Origin: Schmidtea nova
Lineage: Eukaryota
DNA: 64,000 nt
NCBI GenBank assembly: GCA_044892505.1
Contig: CM097883.1
Span: forward strand, 267,530,001-267,594,000
Reading direction: 5' to 3'
Positions 37,353 through 52,300 of the stretch are shown here, one piece after another. The notes below the pieces were generated by a model. It did no database searches, was not told the origin of the DNA, and worked only from the letters and a program-made list of their open reading frames with translations. Numbering within the stretch: the stretch's first letter is position 1; each line of letters opens with the position of its first letter. A program made the translations under genes and the position numbers.

Positions 37353-40300
37353 CAATGAAATTGCATTCAAAATAATTTCTGTTGATTCTCTACTTTTTTC
37401 TTTAGTTTTGATAATATTCTGAAAATTGTCTAAAATAATATCAAATTTTTGAGTTAACGTTTCAATGACATTCTCCAAATCATCAATGTGTCGAGATAAT
37501 CCAATATATTTGTCGTAGGATATTGGATGAAATTCATTATTTTCCATAATTTTCTCTTGATTATCTCTCTGTTCTACCAGTTCGGTTTCCAAAGCTGCCT
37601 TTATATCAAAATGATGAATAATTATTTTATTCCAAAAGTTTGGATTATTAAAATTTAACTTACTTTTTGATCATTCAATTCTTTAAGCATTTTCAGTTGC
37701 TCCTGTTCATCCAGTACCCTATCCCCGTCCGTATCAAATTTGGCGAATAATGATTCAATTTCCGTTTCAGCATATCCTCTTCTATATATATTAATATATA
37801 TATAAAAAAATTTTTAAATTTTATTACATTAAATTATCAAAAATTATATTAATTTCTTTACATTTTTAATTCGTAAAATTTTCTATTTCAATATGTCAAA
37901 ATAAAAACTAATAAAATATAATTACATAAAAATTCGGAATATTTTGTTTTACTTAATAAAATTATTTTAATAATAATGCCATTCAGTTTATTTAGTCTAA
38001 ATATGGTAAATTTGTCACAGTATGGGGGTATATAATGGATACCATGGAGCAACAGATTAAACTCACCCAGCTAAACTTATCCCATTTATTCTATAATTAA
38101 ATAATAAACTTTATTTCTATTCCAGAAATTATTTTATTTTAATTTATTACCTTCTTATGAATCATATATTTTATGAATCATACGAAGGAGGTTTGAAGAG
38201 CAAAACTTGAGAAATGAGAAGATGGCAGCGAAACAAGGAAATCGAACAAATAGCCAAAAAAGGTCATTCCTAATTTAGAAGTACAAAAAGGCAAAAGAAA
38301 TTTAAAAATCGAAAAAAACAAGAAAATTATATCTTGACAACTTGTCAGAGATATCAAGATTGCAAAATAAAGAAGTCGAATTAACAAAACATGAAAAGCA
38401 AGGCATATCTCGACAGCTGTCAGAGATATGACAGGAGCTGTGGAAGAATACAAAAAGCAGAAATAGAAAAACAAAATTATCTCAAAAACCACAAAATTTG
38501 ATGAACTATAAAAGGGAAAGACACAGTAGTTTGATGAGCCAAATTTCAAGTCAGCAAGAAAACAATTAGTCAGTTATCCATTGTTGAATCTAAATTGATA
38601 GCTAGTGATCGTTAGACAAAGATGTTGTACATAAGTGCATTTCTTCACATAGTGTCGTAATAAGCATTGTACAATTATCTCATATTATTGATTGGTTATG
38701 CCCGTGTAATTATGAAACCAGCTGTAATATTAATAAAGATTCCTGTTGTTAATCGTTATTTTTTTGATCAATAAAGCACGTTTTCGAGCAGAGAATTAAT
38801 TATAAAAATTCAATTTCACTAACAACCCATAACACAACAAAATCACACTTGTTTAGAAGCGAATGTATTATGCACCCATAATTGAGATTTCATGAAAACT
38901 AATCAGTTAAAAAGCTAGAGTGATTTTACAGATTTAATAAAATTTCCATTCGAAAAGGTTCAATTTAGTTAACTATGGTAATAATGATGAACAAACAATA
39001 TTTACATCACTTTATATCTGTTGTCTTCTACATTATCTGGCATTTTAATGTTAAACAATAAAAGATAAGTTTTTTCAAATTATATTATTATCACATTAAT
39101 AACATATTTAAACAAAGTTTTTTTTAAATATGTTATTATTATAAATATTGATTTAATATTTAATTGGTTTAATTGATTTAATTGGTTTGACTACATAGCC
39201 CTCCACCTAGATCAAGGAGTGATTTGTCATTAGCTGGAATATAAGCGGGTTTTAGCTTGTCTACCGATACACGAAGGTTTCTTGTCGGAAGTTGAATTTC
39301 GAAAGTTTTTAGGTCTGGGCTTCGACTGATTATTTGGAATGGTCCATCATAAACGGGTCTCAAAGTTGTTCTTGTTTCCACCTTAAGCCATACATGAGTG
39401 CACGTCTTCAAATCCTCTGGAAAGAATGTTTTCCAATTTTGTTTTCTTGTTCTTTTAATTGTAGCGTCTCCAGGTAGTTTACCATTGATTCCAAAGACCG
39501 CTTGGCTTGGTGATTGATTATTATCTTCTGAAACGATATTTCTAAGCCCCAGTAGTACCAATGGCAGATCATTGGCCCAATTCCTATTTGCATCTTCTGA
39601 ATGTGCTCTCAAAGCCGTTTTGAGAGTTCTGTGAAACCTTTCAACTTTGCCATTGCATTGAGGATGGTATGGTGTTGTGTGTCTGTGATCAATGTTGTGC
39701 TTTTGACAGAATTCCTTAAATGTGGATGAGATGAATTGCTTACCATTGTCTGTGATCATTATTTCGGGGGCTCCATATCGAGCTATCCACTCGTTTTCTA
39801 CTGTTCTGGCTATTAAGCTGCTTGTGATATCAGAGATAGGAAATGCTTCTGGCCATGAGGTGTGTCTGTCAATTATTGTAAGCATGAATCTTTTGTTATT
39901 TACTGGTGGGAGTGGGCCGACAATGTCGATGTGAATGACTTTGAATTTTTCTGCTTCTGGAAGTTTCATCAAGCTTGACTTTGTATGTTTTGTCACTTTA
40001 TTTCTTTGACATTTTTCACACATTCTACACCAATTCCTAATTTTTGCTCGCATACAGGGCCACGCATATTTTGACGATATCAATTTTATTGTCCCATTAG
40101 CTCCTGGGTGGCATAAATTATGAAGTCGCTGGAATTCTTTGAATTGGAATTGTTCTGGCAGTATTATTCGAGGAGAACCAGTAGACATATCTACTAGGAT
40201 TCCGTCATCATCTTTACTTATTTTAAATGAGTGATTTGGCTTTAGAATTTGCGCGAATGATAGTTGTCTTTGTTGTTGAATTATTTCACTTTTTGGAATC

Positions 40301-43300
40301 GGCAACGTCTCAACAATATTGACAGTATTGTTGACTGAATTAGTTTGTCTTGATAGGAAATCTGCAACAATGTTGTCTTTCCCTTTAATGTGAATTATTT
40401 TTACCGAAAATTCGTTTAAAAACTGGATCCATCGCCATTGTCTATTAGATGGATCTTTCATTGTATTTATATATACCAATGGCTTGTGATCGGTAAGTAA
40501 TTCGAATGTGCTGCCGTCCAGGTGATGTTTGAAGTTTTTGATAGCTAAATAGGCAGCTAATAGTTCTCGGTCAAATGTTGAATATCTTTGTTCAGTTTTA
40601 TTGAGCTTCCTAGAGAAAAAACTGATTGGTGTAAGTTTACCTTCTGCAGTTCTGTGATTAAGGCTTGCACCAATTCCAATGTCCGATGCATCCGTGCATA
40701 CAATGAATGTGCGTTGCGAATTTGGAGGGATCAATTCAGTGATTTCTTGCAGTTTCTTCTTTGCTGTTTCAAAGGCTTGCGTGTGTTGATCTTTCCAGAT
40801 ATACTTACGTTTGTCTTTTGCTCCGTTTGATGTCAAATCGTGTAGAGGAGCCATTATATCCGCCAAATTCGGTATTAACCAGTGATAGAATGTTACCATT
40901 CCAATAAATCGTCTCAGTGCCTTAGCATTGTCTGGCCTTGAACAGGAGGTGATTGCTTGAATCTTATCGGTTTGTGGTGAGATTCCTGAATCTGAAATGT
41001 GAAATCCAAGAAAGTTAACCTGATTTTTAGCCATGTAACTTTTATCTTTATTTATTGATAAATGTGCATCTTTTAAAACTTTTTGGATTGTTTGCAAATG
41101 ATTTTCATGATCTTCCTTCGATTTTGAGAAAATGATTATGTCATCAATGTACGCTCTGGAGAATTTCCTGTATGGCCGTAGAAGTTTGTCCATAAATCTT
41201 TGGAAAGTTTGTGATGCGTTCCTCAGTCCAAAGGGCATTTTGAGGTATTCGTATAATCCAAAAGGGGTAGTTATTGCTGTTTTCGGGATATCATTTGCTT
41301 CAATTGGAATTTGGTGATATGCTTTTTCCAAATCGATCGTTGAAAATATTTTGCTTCCCCCGAGTTGATCTAAAATATCGCTTATTCTGGGCAGAGGATA
41401 TTTGTCGACTTTCGTGACTGAGTTCAGGAGTCTGTAATCACCGCATGGGCGTATTGATCCATCTTTCTTCTTGACTATTACCAATGGTGACGCCCAATCA
41501 CTCTTAGGATACCTTTGTTTATCAAGGTATCGAATTCAATTTGAACGGCTTCAAGCATGTATCCCCCCAGGCGTCTAACTGGCTGAGCAATTGGTGGCCC
41601 AGTTGTTTCGATTGCCATTGCATGTTCAGAGCTAACTGAATTGCTTCTTTCATTGACGTTTGTGATTGCTTTATTTTCGATGAAGATTTTAGCATTTTGG
41701 CAGTCCACTAGAAATTTGTAGTATAATAGAAAGTCTGCTCCAAGAATTGGACGAGAGACATCTGCTACGATGAATTCCCATTTAAAATGCTGATTTTGAC
41801 CTTCAATCGTAAAATTTAAAGCTTTTGAGCCATGTACTTTTATGCTACAGTTGTTAGCCGCTATGAGTCTGATTGGTGTATTTCTGGAATCGGGTTTAAA
41901 TATTTTTGTTGGGATAACGCTGACATCTGCTCCAGAATCAATGAGAAAATCATATGATTTGTTGTTATGGAGGACTGGCACAGTGAAAATTGCATTGATC
42001 TTTGTCGACTGTTTAGTTGAGCATTGGATCCCTGTCGTCGACATTAACGAGATCCTTGGCCTTTTCCCGACTTAGCTGAGTCAGAACAGCAGCAGGGCTT
42101 CTGGCATTTCCTGGCTTCCTTTCCGAATCTTCTGTGAAAATAACATATTGTTTCTTCACTCGAATGATGTTCCTTTTGAGTATTTATTTTGAGTTTTTAT
42201 TTGCCCCTATGGCATTGATTTGGTCTTGCAGATTCTCTATTGCAAGCTGATGGAAGTTTCCGGCAATATTTTGACTTCCCACCTGTGAGATATGTTGATC
42301 ATTAATACTTACGTGCAAGTTGGCAACTTTAGCCAATTCATCAATGCCAGCGTTGTTTGATATTAGCAGGTGTTGAATGTGAACTGGCATGGAGTTAATG
42401 AATTGATATCTGAGAATTTTACTCGTTTCTGGGTCACCATTGGGTTCCATAATTTTATAATTTCTTTTTAATTCTCTAAGGAATTGGCTTGGTTTGCGAT
42501 CCCCAAGTTCCTGTTTCTGTAAAAGTTTGTTTGCTGCTTACGTTGTTGATCCTTTTGATTCACTAATAATTGCTTCTTTAAGTGTTGAATATGGCTGTTT
42601 GATATGTGGATCCATTAAATCCGAGTATTCTTCGAGAACACGTGAGGGTAGGCTGGTTAGCAAATGGAAGTATTTGGTTTTTTCGTTTTTAATTGAGGCC
42701 AGTTCCAATGCTGCGTCCACTTGTTTGAACCAAACTGCTACATTGTCGAAGAAAGTTGGAATTTTCATTTGAATGTGACTACTTTCTTGAGCCACGCTTC
42801 TGACACCAATGTTGTCTTCTACATTATCTGGCATTTTAATGTTAAACAATAAAAGATAAGTTTTTTCAAATTATATTATTATCACATTAATAACATATTT
42901 AAACAAAGTTTTTTTTTAAATATGTTATTATTATAAATATTGATTTAATATTTAATTGGTTTAATTGATTTAATTGGTTTGACTACAATATCCACAATTT
43001 ACTTTATTGTTGTACCACTAGAAAGATTTGATTATATTCCCAAATTATTTCTAAAGATGTTAAATTTTTTTTTTATTTATTTTCACAATAATTTGTTGAT
43101 TTTGGCTTATAATTCCGAAATTTGTTTTTTTCATTTTGCGCAGAGCTGTTCCAACCAATGTGCCAACTTTGCTATTGCACGTGAGCGCCAAATAATTAAA
43201 ATAAAATTCTATTTACATAGAAAAATTCTTATATACGTGTAAAGTGCAATATCAATATTTTTAAGGGGCACCAAAACAAATTAGCACAGAAGAACCAAAT

Positions 43301-46300
43301 ATGTTGGGACGGCTCTGATTTTGCAAATTGTTTTCGACAACAATCCAACTTATTGTTTATTGTTGATATAAAATTGAAATTCTGCACTTTGTAAGGTTTT
43401 GTTTTTATTGTAAATTTTATTTTAGGATATGTTAATTGATTAATAAATCAGGTAGATTTGTATTTCTTTTTTTACTTTCTTTTTTTAGTATCGTTTTTAT
43501 TAATTTCAGGCCCATTTCTTTAAGGTACGATGTTATAGTTTATTTATCTTCAATTCTTTTGAATAATTATTATAATAACAACAATAACAATAATAAACAA
43601 TAATAATAACAAATAAAATATAAAATGTGTTAACGTAGTTAAAAATTTAAATTTTAAAATAAATTTTTGTTTTGAATAGAGTTAATCTTTTTAAAAATAA
43701 ATTATTTTAAAACTTTAAAAAATTTAGACTTCAAATTTTTATTTTAAAATTTTAAAGACAACTTTTAGATATTGTAATAAGCAGATTTCCAACCAATGAA
43801 AAAGGAGATAATTCAATAGAAAGAAAAAACAGTACACGATGAAGATTCCGACTATATCCTAAATAAGATTGATAAAGAATACTTTATAATAGGATATTTT
43901 CACCTAATAAAACTTTGTTGTAAGGGTCTAACGTTTTGTTTATTATTTAATAATAATAACTGCAATTACATAATATAATTTGTATTGTAACAATGTTTGT
44001 CTGTCTGGATGTAACGCTTTTAAAGAGCGCTGATTGGCCGATTTTTCAATCGGAAAACTTGCAAATTCTCACACCTGCGTTTGACTATGATTGTTTTGAT
44101 GACTCAATAGCATTCACTCAAAATATTATTGAGATATTTTGAATTTAATTTTTTGTTTATATAAATTTTGAAAACGTTCGTCATTTTGGACGGGAACGCT
44201 AGTTAATATTAATTATGACGAGTCAAATAATATTTATTTATCTTACTACCGTTACAAAATGAAGATAAACTAAATTGCATAATAATCTAAATTTCATTTT
44301 ATTGATAATTTATTTATACTTGGTATATTACCTTTTTAATTCGGCTTTCCACTCATCAAAGTCCATTACGCCATCATTATTTGTGTCGACAGTCTTCATT
44401 GCGTTTTGAAGATCAACAATTTTTTCTCTTTTTAAATGCAGCTTTTCAAGTACCTTTCGACTTTTCTTAAAAAGCCAAATATTTATAAATTAATTTAAAT
44501 AATTATAAATTAAATAATTTTAATAACGGTTACTTTTTCCTTTACAAACAGTCTTGATTAAATAACTTTTTGATTTTTTTAAAGAATAATGTATTGTAGT
44601 AAATATCTTCAAAAATAAAGGTAATTGTTATGTAAATTATAAATGTGAAATTTACTAATGTAGTAATTTTCGTGTATATATTTCTGTGGTTGGATTTTTG
44701 TAGTTATATTTCTGTAATTATATTAGGGCATAAAAACTCTAGATCCCAGCCGGGTCACCGGTAAAAATCTGTCTTGGGGCAGCTGTGGTGAATGTTGTAT
44801 AAGTGTATATATGTGTGCGTGAGTATGTTATTTAAACAATGAGGCAAAAGATTACAACACAAAAATATAAATATTATGAACTTTTGTTTTTTTAGAATTT
44901 ACTGAACTATAATTAGATAATTTACTCACAAATTCGGTATTAACTTCTCGCTTCTTTTCAATTTTTGGTTCTCTAATTGTGTTTTGTTTTCAATTGTAAT
45001 TTCTTTCAATCAATTTTCCTTGGTAATTTTCGTAATAGCTTTGTCTTTGATTAATTTAGAAACTATTTAATTAATTTTTCCTTGAAAATTTTCGTAATTC
45101 TTTTGTCTTTGTTTACTTTAGAAAGTATTTAATTAATTCTTCCTATTTTTGGTTTCAAAACTTTTTACTAGGCGATTTGGTATTTAATTGTGATTGATTT
45201 TTTGTTTTTAATTTTAACTTTTAAATTTTAATTATTTTAATTTATTATTATCATAATCCCCACAGGAATTGTGATAATAATAACGATAATAATAATAACA
45301 AAAATAATAATGACAATAATAACATTTGGTACATTACAGTAATTATAACAATTGAATTCCGGCTCATTATCGAGAAAGAACGATTTGTGGCATGGATGCT
45401 TCAATTAAAACTTGTCCATGCCAATCGGTATATTTTACGATTCGTATGATGAAAAACAAAATAAAAAATTATATTAATAAGGAAATTTCAAGGAACGGAA
45501 AAAGATGAGAAAATTTGAAAATTCAAAAAATTTGAAAATTCAAAAATTTGAAATTCATTTGAAATTCAATATAATCTTTGTAATGATTGCAACAAAGTTG
45601 CGCGTGATACACCTGTTATCATAGTTTAAGAGTAACTATAATACACGCAGGTGTGTACGCCTACATGTTACTCATAATTGTTCTTTTGTTTAAGATTATT
45701 TAGCTATTTTTCAAATGGTTTTCATGTAAAAACTTTTATACAGATATCTTTTGAAGCTTTTATTTTGATCTCATAATGATATATGAGATCATTATACAAG
45801 CATTGCAAGATTATCTTTTTTAGGAATACTAAAAGCCAATTCGATTTATTTAATATATATTGAGTATTAATAGATAATTCAGTTTTTAGTAGACGAGAAT
45901 CTGGACCAATGATATCGAGAGTTCATCTGTACAAACTCTGTGACTGTCTGTATAGATTGATTTCCTGTGCAGATAAATGATGCATAGAAATAGACTGATT
46001 GTGATCCAGAGAATTGATTGATAGCGTTGTGAAGTTAATCATCTCAGATGGGTCCGAATTGAGGTTCATGAGAGGTCCGTTGATTGATAAACACATCTCG
46101 GTTTGTACAGTTTCTTTTCGCATTTCGACATTGAAACATTTTTGCAATTTAAAGAACTGACAATTGCTTCTTCTTTGAATGTCAAATAAACAATAAAATT
46201 TATGCATTCATGGTGTTGAACACGGCATTTGTTGCTATAAACTTTGCAGTCGGGTTCAGATTTTCGTTTTGACGTTTCGATATTGATATTGTTGTTGTTC

Positions 46301-49300
46301 AGTAAAAATGAGTAATTGTGTAGATCTTGGATAAAATGTTGTGAATTCTCAATCATGAAAAATCGGTCAATGTAAATTGAGCTGTTGACTGAAGACATCG
46401 AATCGTTTGAAGTTGCTTGCGTTTTGTTTGTGTGATCAGCGTGAATATGAAATATGTGAATATTAAAACAACGTCTATTAATTTTTTGCTCCATTTAATA
46501 ATTACTTAAATTAAATTAATTAATTTAAAAAATAAAAGAAATTTATAAAATTGAATATTTAATCTAAGGCACTACATCTTTTTTCTACAATTTTATTTTT
46601 ATTTAAATTTTAAATACTTTCTAGGAAATTATAATTTTTAAACATTTTTTGGGAATTATTTAATTAAAAGTAAGTTAAAAAATAAATTTTAACTGAGAAT
46701 TATTATAATAATTATTATTAAATAAAAATTTTCTATTTATGAAATATTCTTTTGTAGACTCCAAGAAATATTCCAAAACGAAACTAGTTTTTTCCATTTT
46801 ACATGGCTTTGAATATTCTGATTTGGTAGATTTCAGAAATTCCATTATAATATTTTATTTCCAATATTGGAATTTCAAGTTTTATTTTCTATTTCAAGAA
46901 TTGTCAAATTTTATTGCGCTGCATTATCGGAGACTTCAGAATAATCTAAATTGCTTTGTAAATATGTTTAATTGTCTATAAATTGAAAATAATTTAGCTG
47001 CTGAAAACAGAAAGATTTTGCAAAAAGCTTTTCGGAAATATATGAAATTTTATATTAAAATTAATTAAAATAGAACTTTAGACGTTATTTATTCATTTAT
47101 TCGACAACTCCTTGGGAAATATTCCAAATTATTACTCAAAACCCCTATTTTAAAATTAAATAAATTTATTTCTTAATTGTGTAAAATAATTTACTTTTTA
47201 AAGTTTGCATGCATTTGTCATTGTGTGCAGTGTGTATAATTTATTTTTTCTTCCACTTTGCCTATCACATAATAAATTTCTTAAACTATGAAAAGTCAAA
47301 ATTTAACATCAACGTAAGTTTTCAGTTTATATTGATAATTTCTAACTTTTATTATATAATCTCTTAATGTATAAAAACAGGTGTAAATTAATTCAGTTAA
47401 TGATGGTTATATGCATAATTATATAAAGTTGTCATCGAAACCACCATGTGAAAATGTTTGAAAAAAGGGAACATTTTTCGTGTATTTTTGTACATTTGAA
47501 CATTCTGTCAGTATTCATAATAAGCCTTTTATAAATAATTCAAATAATTGTTTATTTTTTGATGAAATTTGGGAATTTTTGGCCATCACAAAATGTTACT
47601 AGATAGTGTATAAACAAATAATTTCGAAATACTTAAAAAGTTATTAAGTATTTTAGGCAAGGGACAATACCGGACCGTTTGAATTATTCAAGAATATTTA
47701 GATAAACAATTAGTGTTATTATAAAACGTTCATATGATGCAATAAATTTAAATTTAAAAAATTCTGTAAAACCCCGTCATGCATATTATTCTTTACAACT
47801 GGAAATTAAATGAGAAATATATTAGTTTGTCCGGAATGAAATGTCTGTTCCGTCGTCAATTCTCCATCATCAAATTTTTTCAATCAACGCCTAATAGTTC
47901 TTTCATTGACTGTATCGCTACCAAAAGCATTAATAATATTCCTCTCCACCTCAACTCAGTTCTTCTTCGATTTCCACTCATAAATAAAGTTGTCTCAAAT
48001 CATGATTTTCTAACTTGTTGTAGGAATGCTAAAATCAAATAAGATTTTATTAGTAGAAATTGATCTCCAATTGACAAGTTGGTCTTTGGCAACCGGAAAT
48101 CCTGACCGATGATAACAAGAGTTGAAATGAGCAAGCTCCATGACAGTCCGTATTGATTGATTTCTGGTGATGGCGAATAATCGTTTAATCGAGATTGATT
48201 GTGATCCAATGTATTGATTTGTAGATTTTTTGAGTTATACATTTCAGATTTGTCTGGATAGTTTATTAATATTGATCCAGTTATTGACAAGCATCTTCCT
48301 GTTTGTACGGCTTCTTTACGCATTCCAGCAGCGAAACATTTCTGCAATTTACGGAACTGGCAATTGTTTCTTCTTTGAATATCGACTACACAATCTCCAC
48401 TAGAGTAGAACTGATAATTGTTGTCATTTGATGAAAACGAGTCGCTGTGAATGTCTTGAGTGAATTGGCATAACGAATCATTGTTAACAGCTTACATTTT
48501 TTTTGATCAGCGTGAAAAATTGAAAATATGTAAATATTAAAACAACATCTAATTTAATCCATTTAATAATTAATTAATTAAAAAGATTGAAAATTTAATC
48601 TAAGGCACTACACTTGTACATTTCTATTTGAAAAAAAAATTTATAGTGATTAAATTATTATAAATCTAACTTAATATTTGAATTTTAAATAAGCACTTTC
48701 TAATGAACTTTAAAGTAAAGAAATACGTTTTATATAAAAAAGGTTATTATGATTTCCAATTATTATATATTATTCGGACATTTCATTCCGGACAACCTAA
48801 TAGATCTTAACTAAAAGTGACTTTCATGCATTCTTACAAAGCAAATTAGTAAAGCAAGACTATTTACATTATAAGCACAAAACGGAAAGTTAGTTAGAGG
48901 TATTGAACTACCGCCAAAATAATAAACGTTTCCAGCAATAATAACGGTGTCATTTTATCCAGCCAAACAAAATGATAAAAATTTCTAAGTATTTTATATG
49001 TGAGTTCTTTCTGCACTTTTATATTACAAAGAAAATTTACGGATCCTAAAAATGAAAATAAATCAATCTGTAATTTTGAAAGTGGGGCAAATTCGATTTT
49101 TATTATAACAAAATATTTCAAAACTTTCGGTTCATTAAATTTTAACATATTGATAAACTCTAGCAACAAGCTTCAGTGTTTTTTGTAGGTATAGGTAATG
49201 TAAATTTATTATTTGAAAGCGTTTATTAAAAATATCTGAAGAAAATAAACATTTCCCCCGAAAATTGGCTTGTCCCACTTTCAAAATAAAGGCCTCGAAG

Positions 49301-52300
49301 GTAGGATTTATTCAGTAGATAATATTAAATATGAATTTATATTTGCATAAAAGGAAATTGAACTTATAATTTGTCTTATTTATGAAAAGACATTAAAAAG
49401 TTTTTGTTGTGGAAAAAAGGGACATTAACGATACCAATGTCCTATGAAAGATAGATGTTTATTCTATGGTAAGGAAAATCATACCTTCAGTAAATGCGAT
49501 CTATTGGGTAGATATAGACAGCCTACAAAATGAACTATTGTATGCGTTTTTGAAGAAGACAATTTTGATGAAAAATTAGAAAACAGCAAGATGGCATATC
49601 TTATGCAAGTAATGAAGACAGAACTACTCGAGGAAGAAATCATGAAAAAAACCAAGAAGATCCCATTGCTTTCATTTCGTCAGTGAAATTGAGCAATTAA
49701 ACATTGCTGGAAAACGAAATGAGTGGAAGAGATGATGAATGAGATGACAGATAAAAGAACATGGAGTATTATAAAGATAAATAATGAAGAATGTGAAATG
49801 TTATGGGATTCTGGGGCATCAGTGACGGTAATAAGTAGATGTATTTGGGAGAAAATGGGTAAAGCAAGTGTTGGGCATAGCGGAATTAGTCTCTGTGGGG
49901 TATTTTCATTTGGCAACGAAAGGCTTTTAGGCAGAACGATAGTGAGCACATCAAGGAATGGAAAGGTACGTGACGTACAAATTATTGTAGTTGAAAAAAT
50001 AAACCCGAATTCATCGGAGGAGTGGATACAATGAAATTATTTGGAGTGAAACTTCTGGAGATAAACAACATTGAAACTGACTTAGTCAATCAAAATTACT
50101 CAGATTTGAAACAAGCTGAAAGAGCTATGACGTTTCTAAACAAAGATGAGAATCCAGACACTAGGAATCTGATATCGAAATTTGGAAAGATTTTTATGGC
50201 ATCAAAATTTGATCTTGGATTTACAAGTTTGGTGCTTCATGAAATGAAAATTAATGGAAGACCAATAATGTATGCCCTTAGAAGACAACCTATGCAGGTA
50301 GATAAGAAAATAGACGACCTTCTCAAAGAATTAATTGAAGCAAAAGTCATTCGTAAATGTAAAAGCCCATGGAATGCACCACTAGTAATTGTAGCAAAGA
50401 AAGACGGAAACAGTAGAATGTGCGGGGATTACAGAGGCCTAAATTCAATTACGGAAAAAGAGTCCTTTCCGATGCCTGATACGCGATATTTGCTAGAATA
50501 TTTAGCAGATTCAAAATATTTCTCGTCAATCGACTTGGGACAAGTATACTATCAAGTCGGTGTAGCTCCAAAAATTCAAGAATTAACCGCTTTCAGTACT
50601 AAAGAAGGACAGTTTTGTTTCAACAGATTACCATTTGGATTAACCACAGCCACAGCAACATTTCAAAGACTAATACATTCATTAATAGATGGTATTATTT
50701 TTAAAGGAGTTATTGTGTACTTAGACGATATTTTAATTTATGGGAAAACTAAAACTGAACACGATATAATGCTAGAAAAAGTTCTCAATAGAATTCAAGA
50801 TGCAGGTTTAAAGATCAACCTGGAGAAATGTGGATTATATAAAATAGAGTTAATTTTTCTTGGACAAACTGTAAGTGCAAATGAAATCCAGGAGAATGAA
50901 AAAAAATTGAAGAAATCAAAAATGCAAATATGCCACAATGTGCCAAGCAGTTACGATCATCCTTGGGAATGACAAATTATTATAGAAGATTCATTAAAGA
51001 TTTCGCAAAAAATTGCAGCTCCGCTTTATCAGGCAATAACAGGATGCGAGGAGAAAATTTCATGGACAAAAGAATGCAAAGATGTTTTTCAGACCCTCAA
51101 GGACAAATTGCGTAAATCTCCGATATTGGACTATCCAAGAGAAAACCGAACCTCTATACTAGATACAGATGCCAGTTACGGTGTTATTGGAGCAGTTCTA
51201 AGCCAGTTCAAAGAAAATGGAACCGAGACAGCGTATGGATCTAGACATTTATCAGCTCATGAAAAAGGATACTGTGACACAAGAAAAGAGATACTTACTA
51301 TACACAAATACGTGAGCTATTTCAAGCAATATCTGTATGGGAAAAGATTTGTAGTGCGAACAGATCACAGAGCGTTAATTTTTATGAATACGACAAAACA
51401 AGCAATTTCAAACCTGGATGGCAAATTTATTAGAATATAACTTTGAAATAAGATACGTGGTGCACCCAATAAGTCGTGAGACTAATATAGAAATAATAAT
51501 AGTAAAAAAATTGATACAGACATATTTAAACTTCAACCTATATAGGTAAAGAAAATGTATTTTGTTTTAATAATCCATTATTGTTTAAGTATATTTTTGC
51601 GAACATTCGAAAAATGCCTCTGGAAACTATTCAATACCGTAGCGTTATTCACTTTCTCTTTCTGAAAAGAAAAAATAGAGAAGAGGTTCTTTCTGAACTG
51701 AAAGCTGTTTAACAACAAGAGTGCCCATCCACAGCAACAATTTATCGTTGGTTCAATTACTTTCAGAGTGGTAGAACCTCCGTGGTGGACGAAGAAAGAT
51801 CTGGAAGACCCTCAGAAATTGATGAAAAAATAACGCAAAAGCTGCAGACAATCGTGCAAAACGAGAGAAAAATAACGACGAGAGAGCTCACAACCCGTCT
51901 AAATGTGAGCAAAGGCACTGTGCATACTCTCCTCACTGAAAGTGGTATTCAAAAACTATATTCCCGTTTTGTGCCACGCTTCTTAACGGTGGAAATGCGA
52001 CAACGACGCTTGGAATGCTGCTTGGAGAATTTTCAGATCAGGACCAATGTTGGAGACCGTTTCATTGATAATATCATCACTTTGGACGAGACACCGTTGT
52101 CCCTTTATGTCCCTGAATCTAAAAGAGTCTCAAGAATGGAAACTGCCAGGAGAAAGCAGCTCACTGAAAATGCGGTCCTCAACTTGCCACTGAAAGGCTC
52201 TCATGCTGACGGTGTTTTGGGACGCCAATGGCATTATTCTGACTGACTTTGCTGAATCCGGCTTGAAGATCAATAGTTCTTACTACTCCAACATCGTGCA

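Noticed and set aside
38582-38839. Possible solo LTR (TGTTG...CAACA)
   Set aside because: No TSD could be verified.
44713-45350. LTR-like region sharing AAAATCTGTCTTGGG.CAGCTG with ~30345-30420
   Set aside because: Probably a repeat family, but termini and TSD could not be defined.
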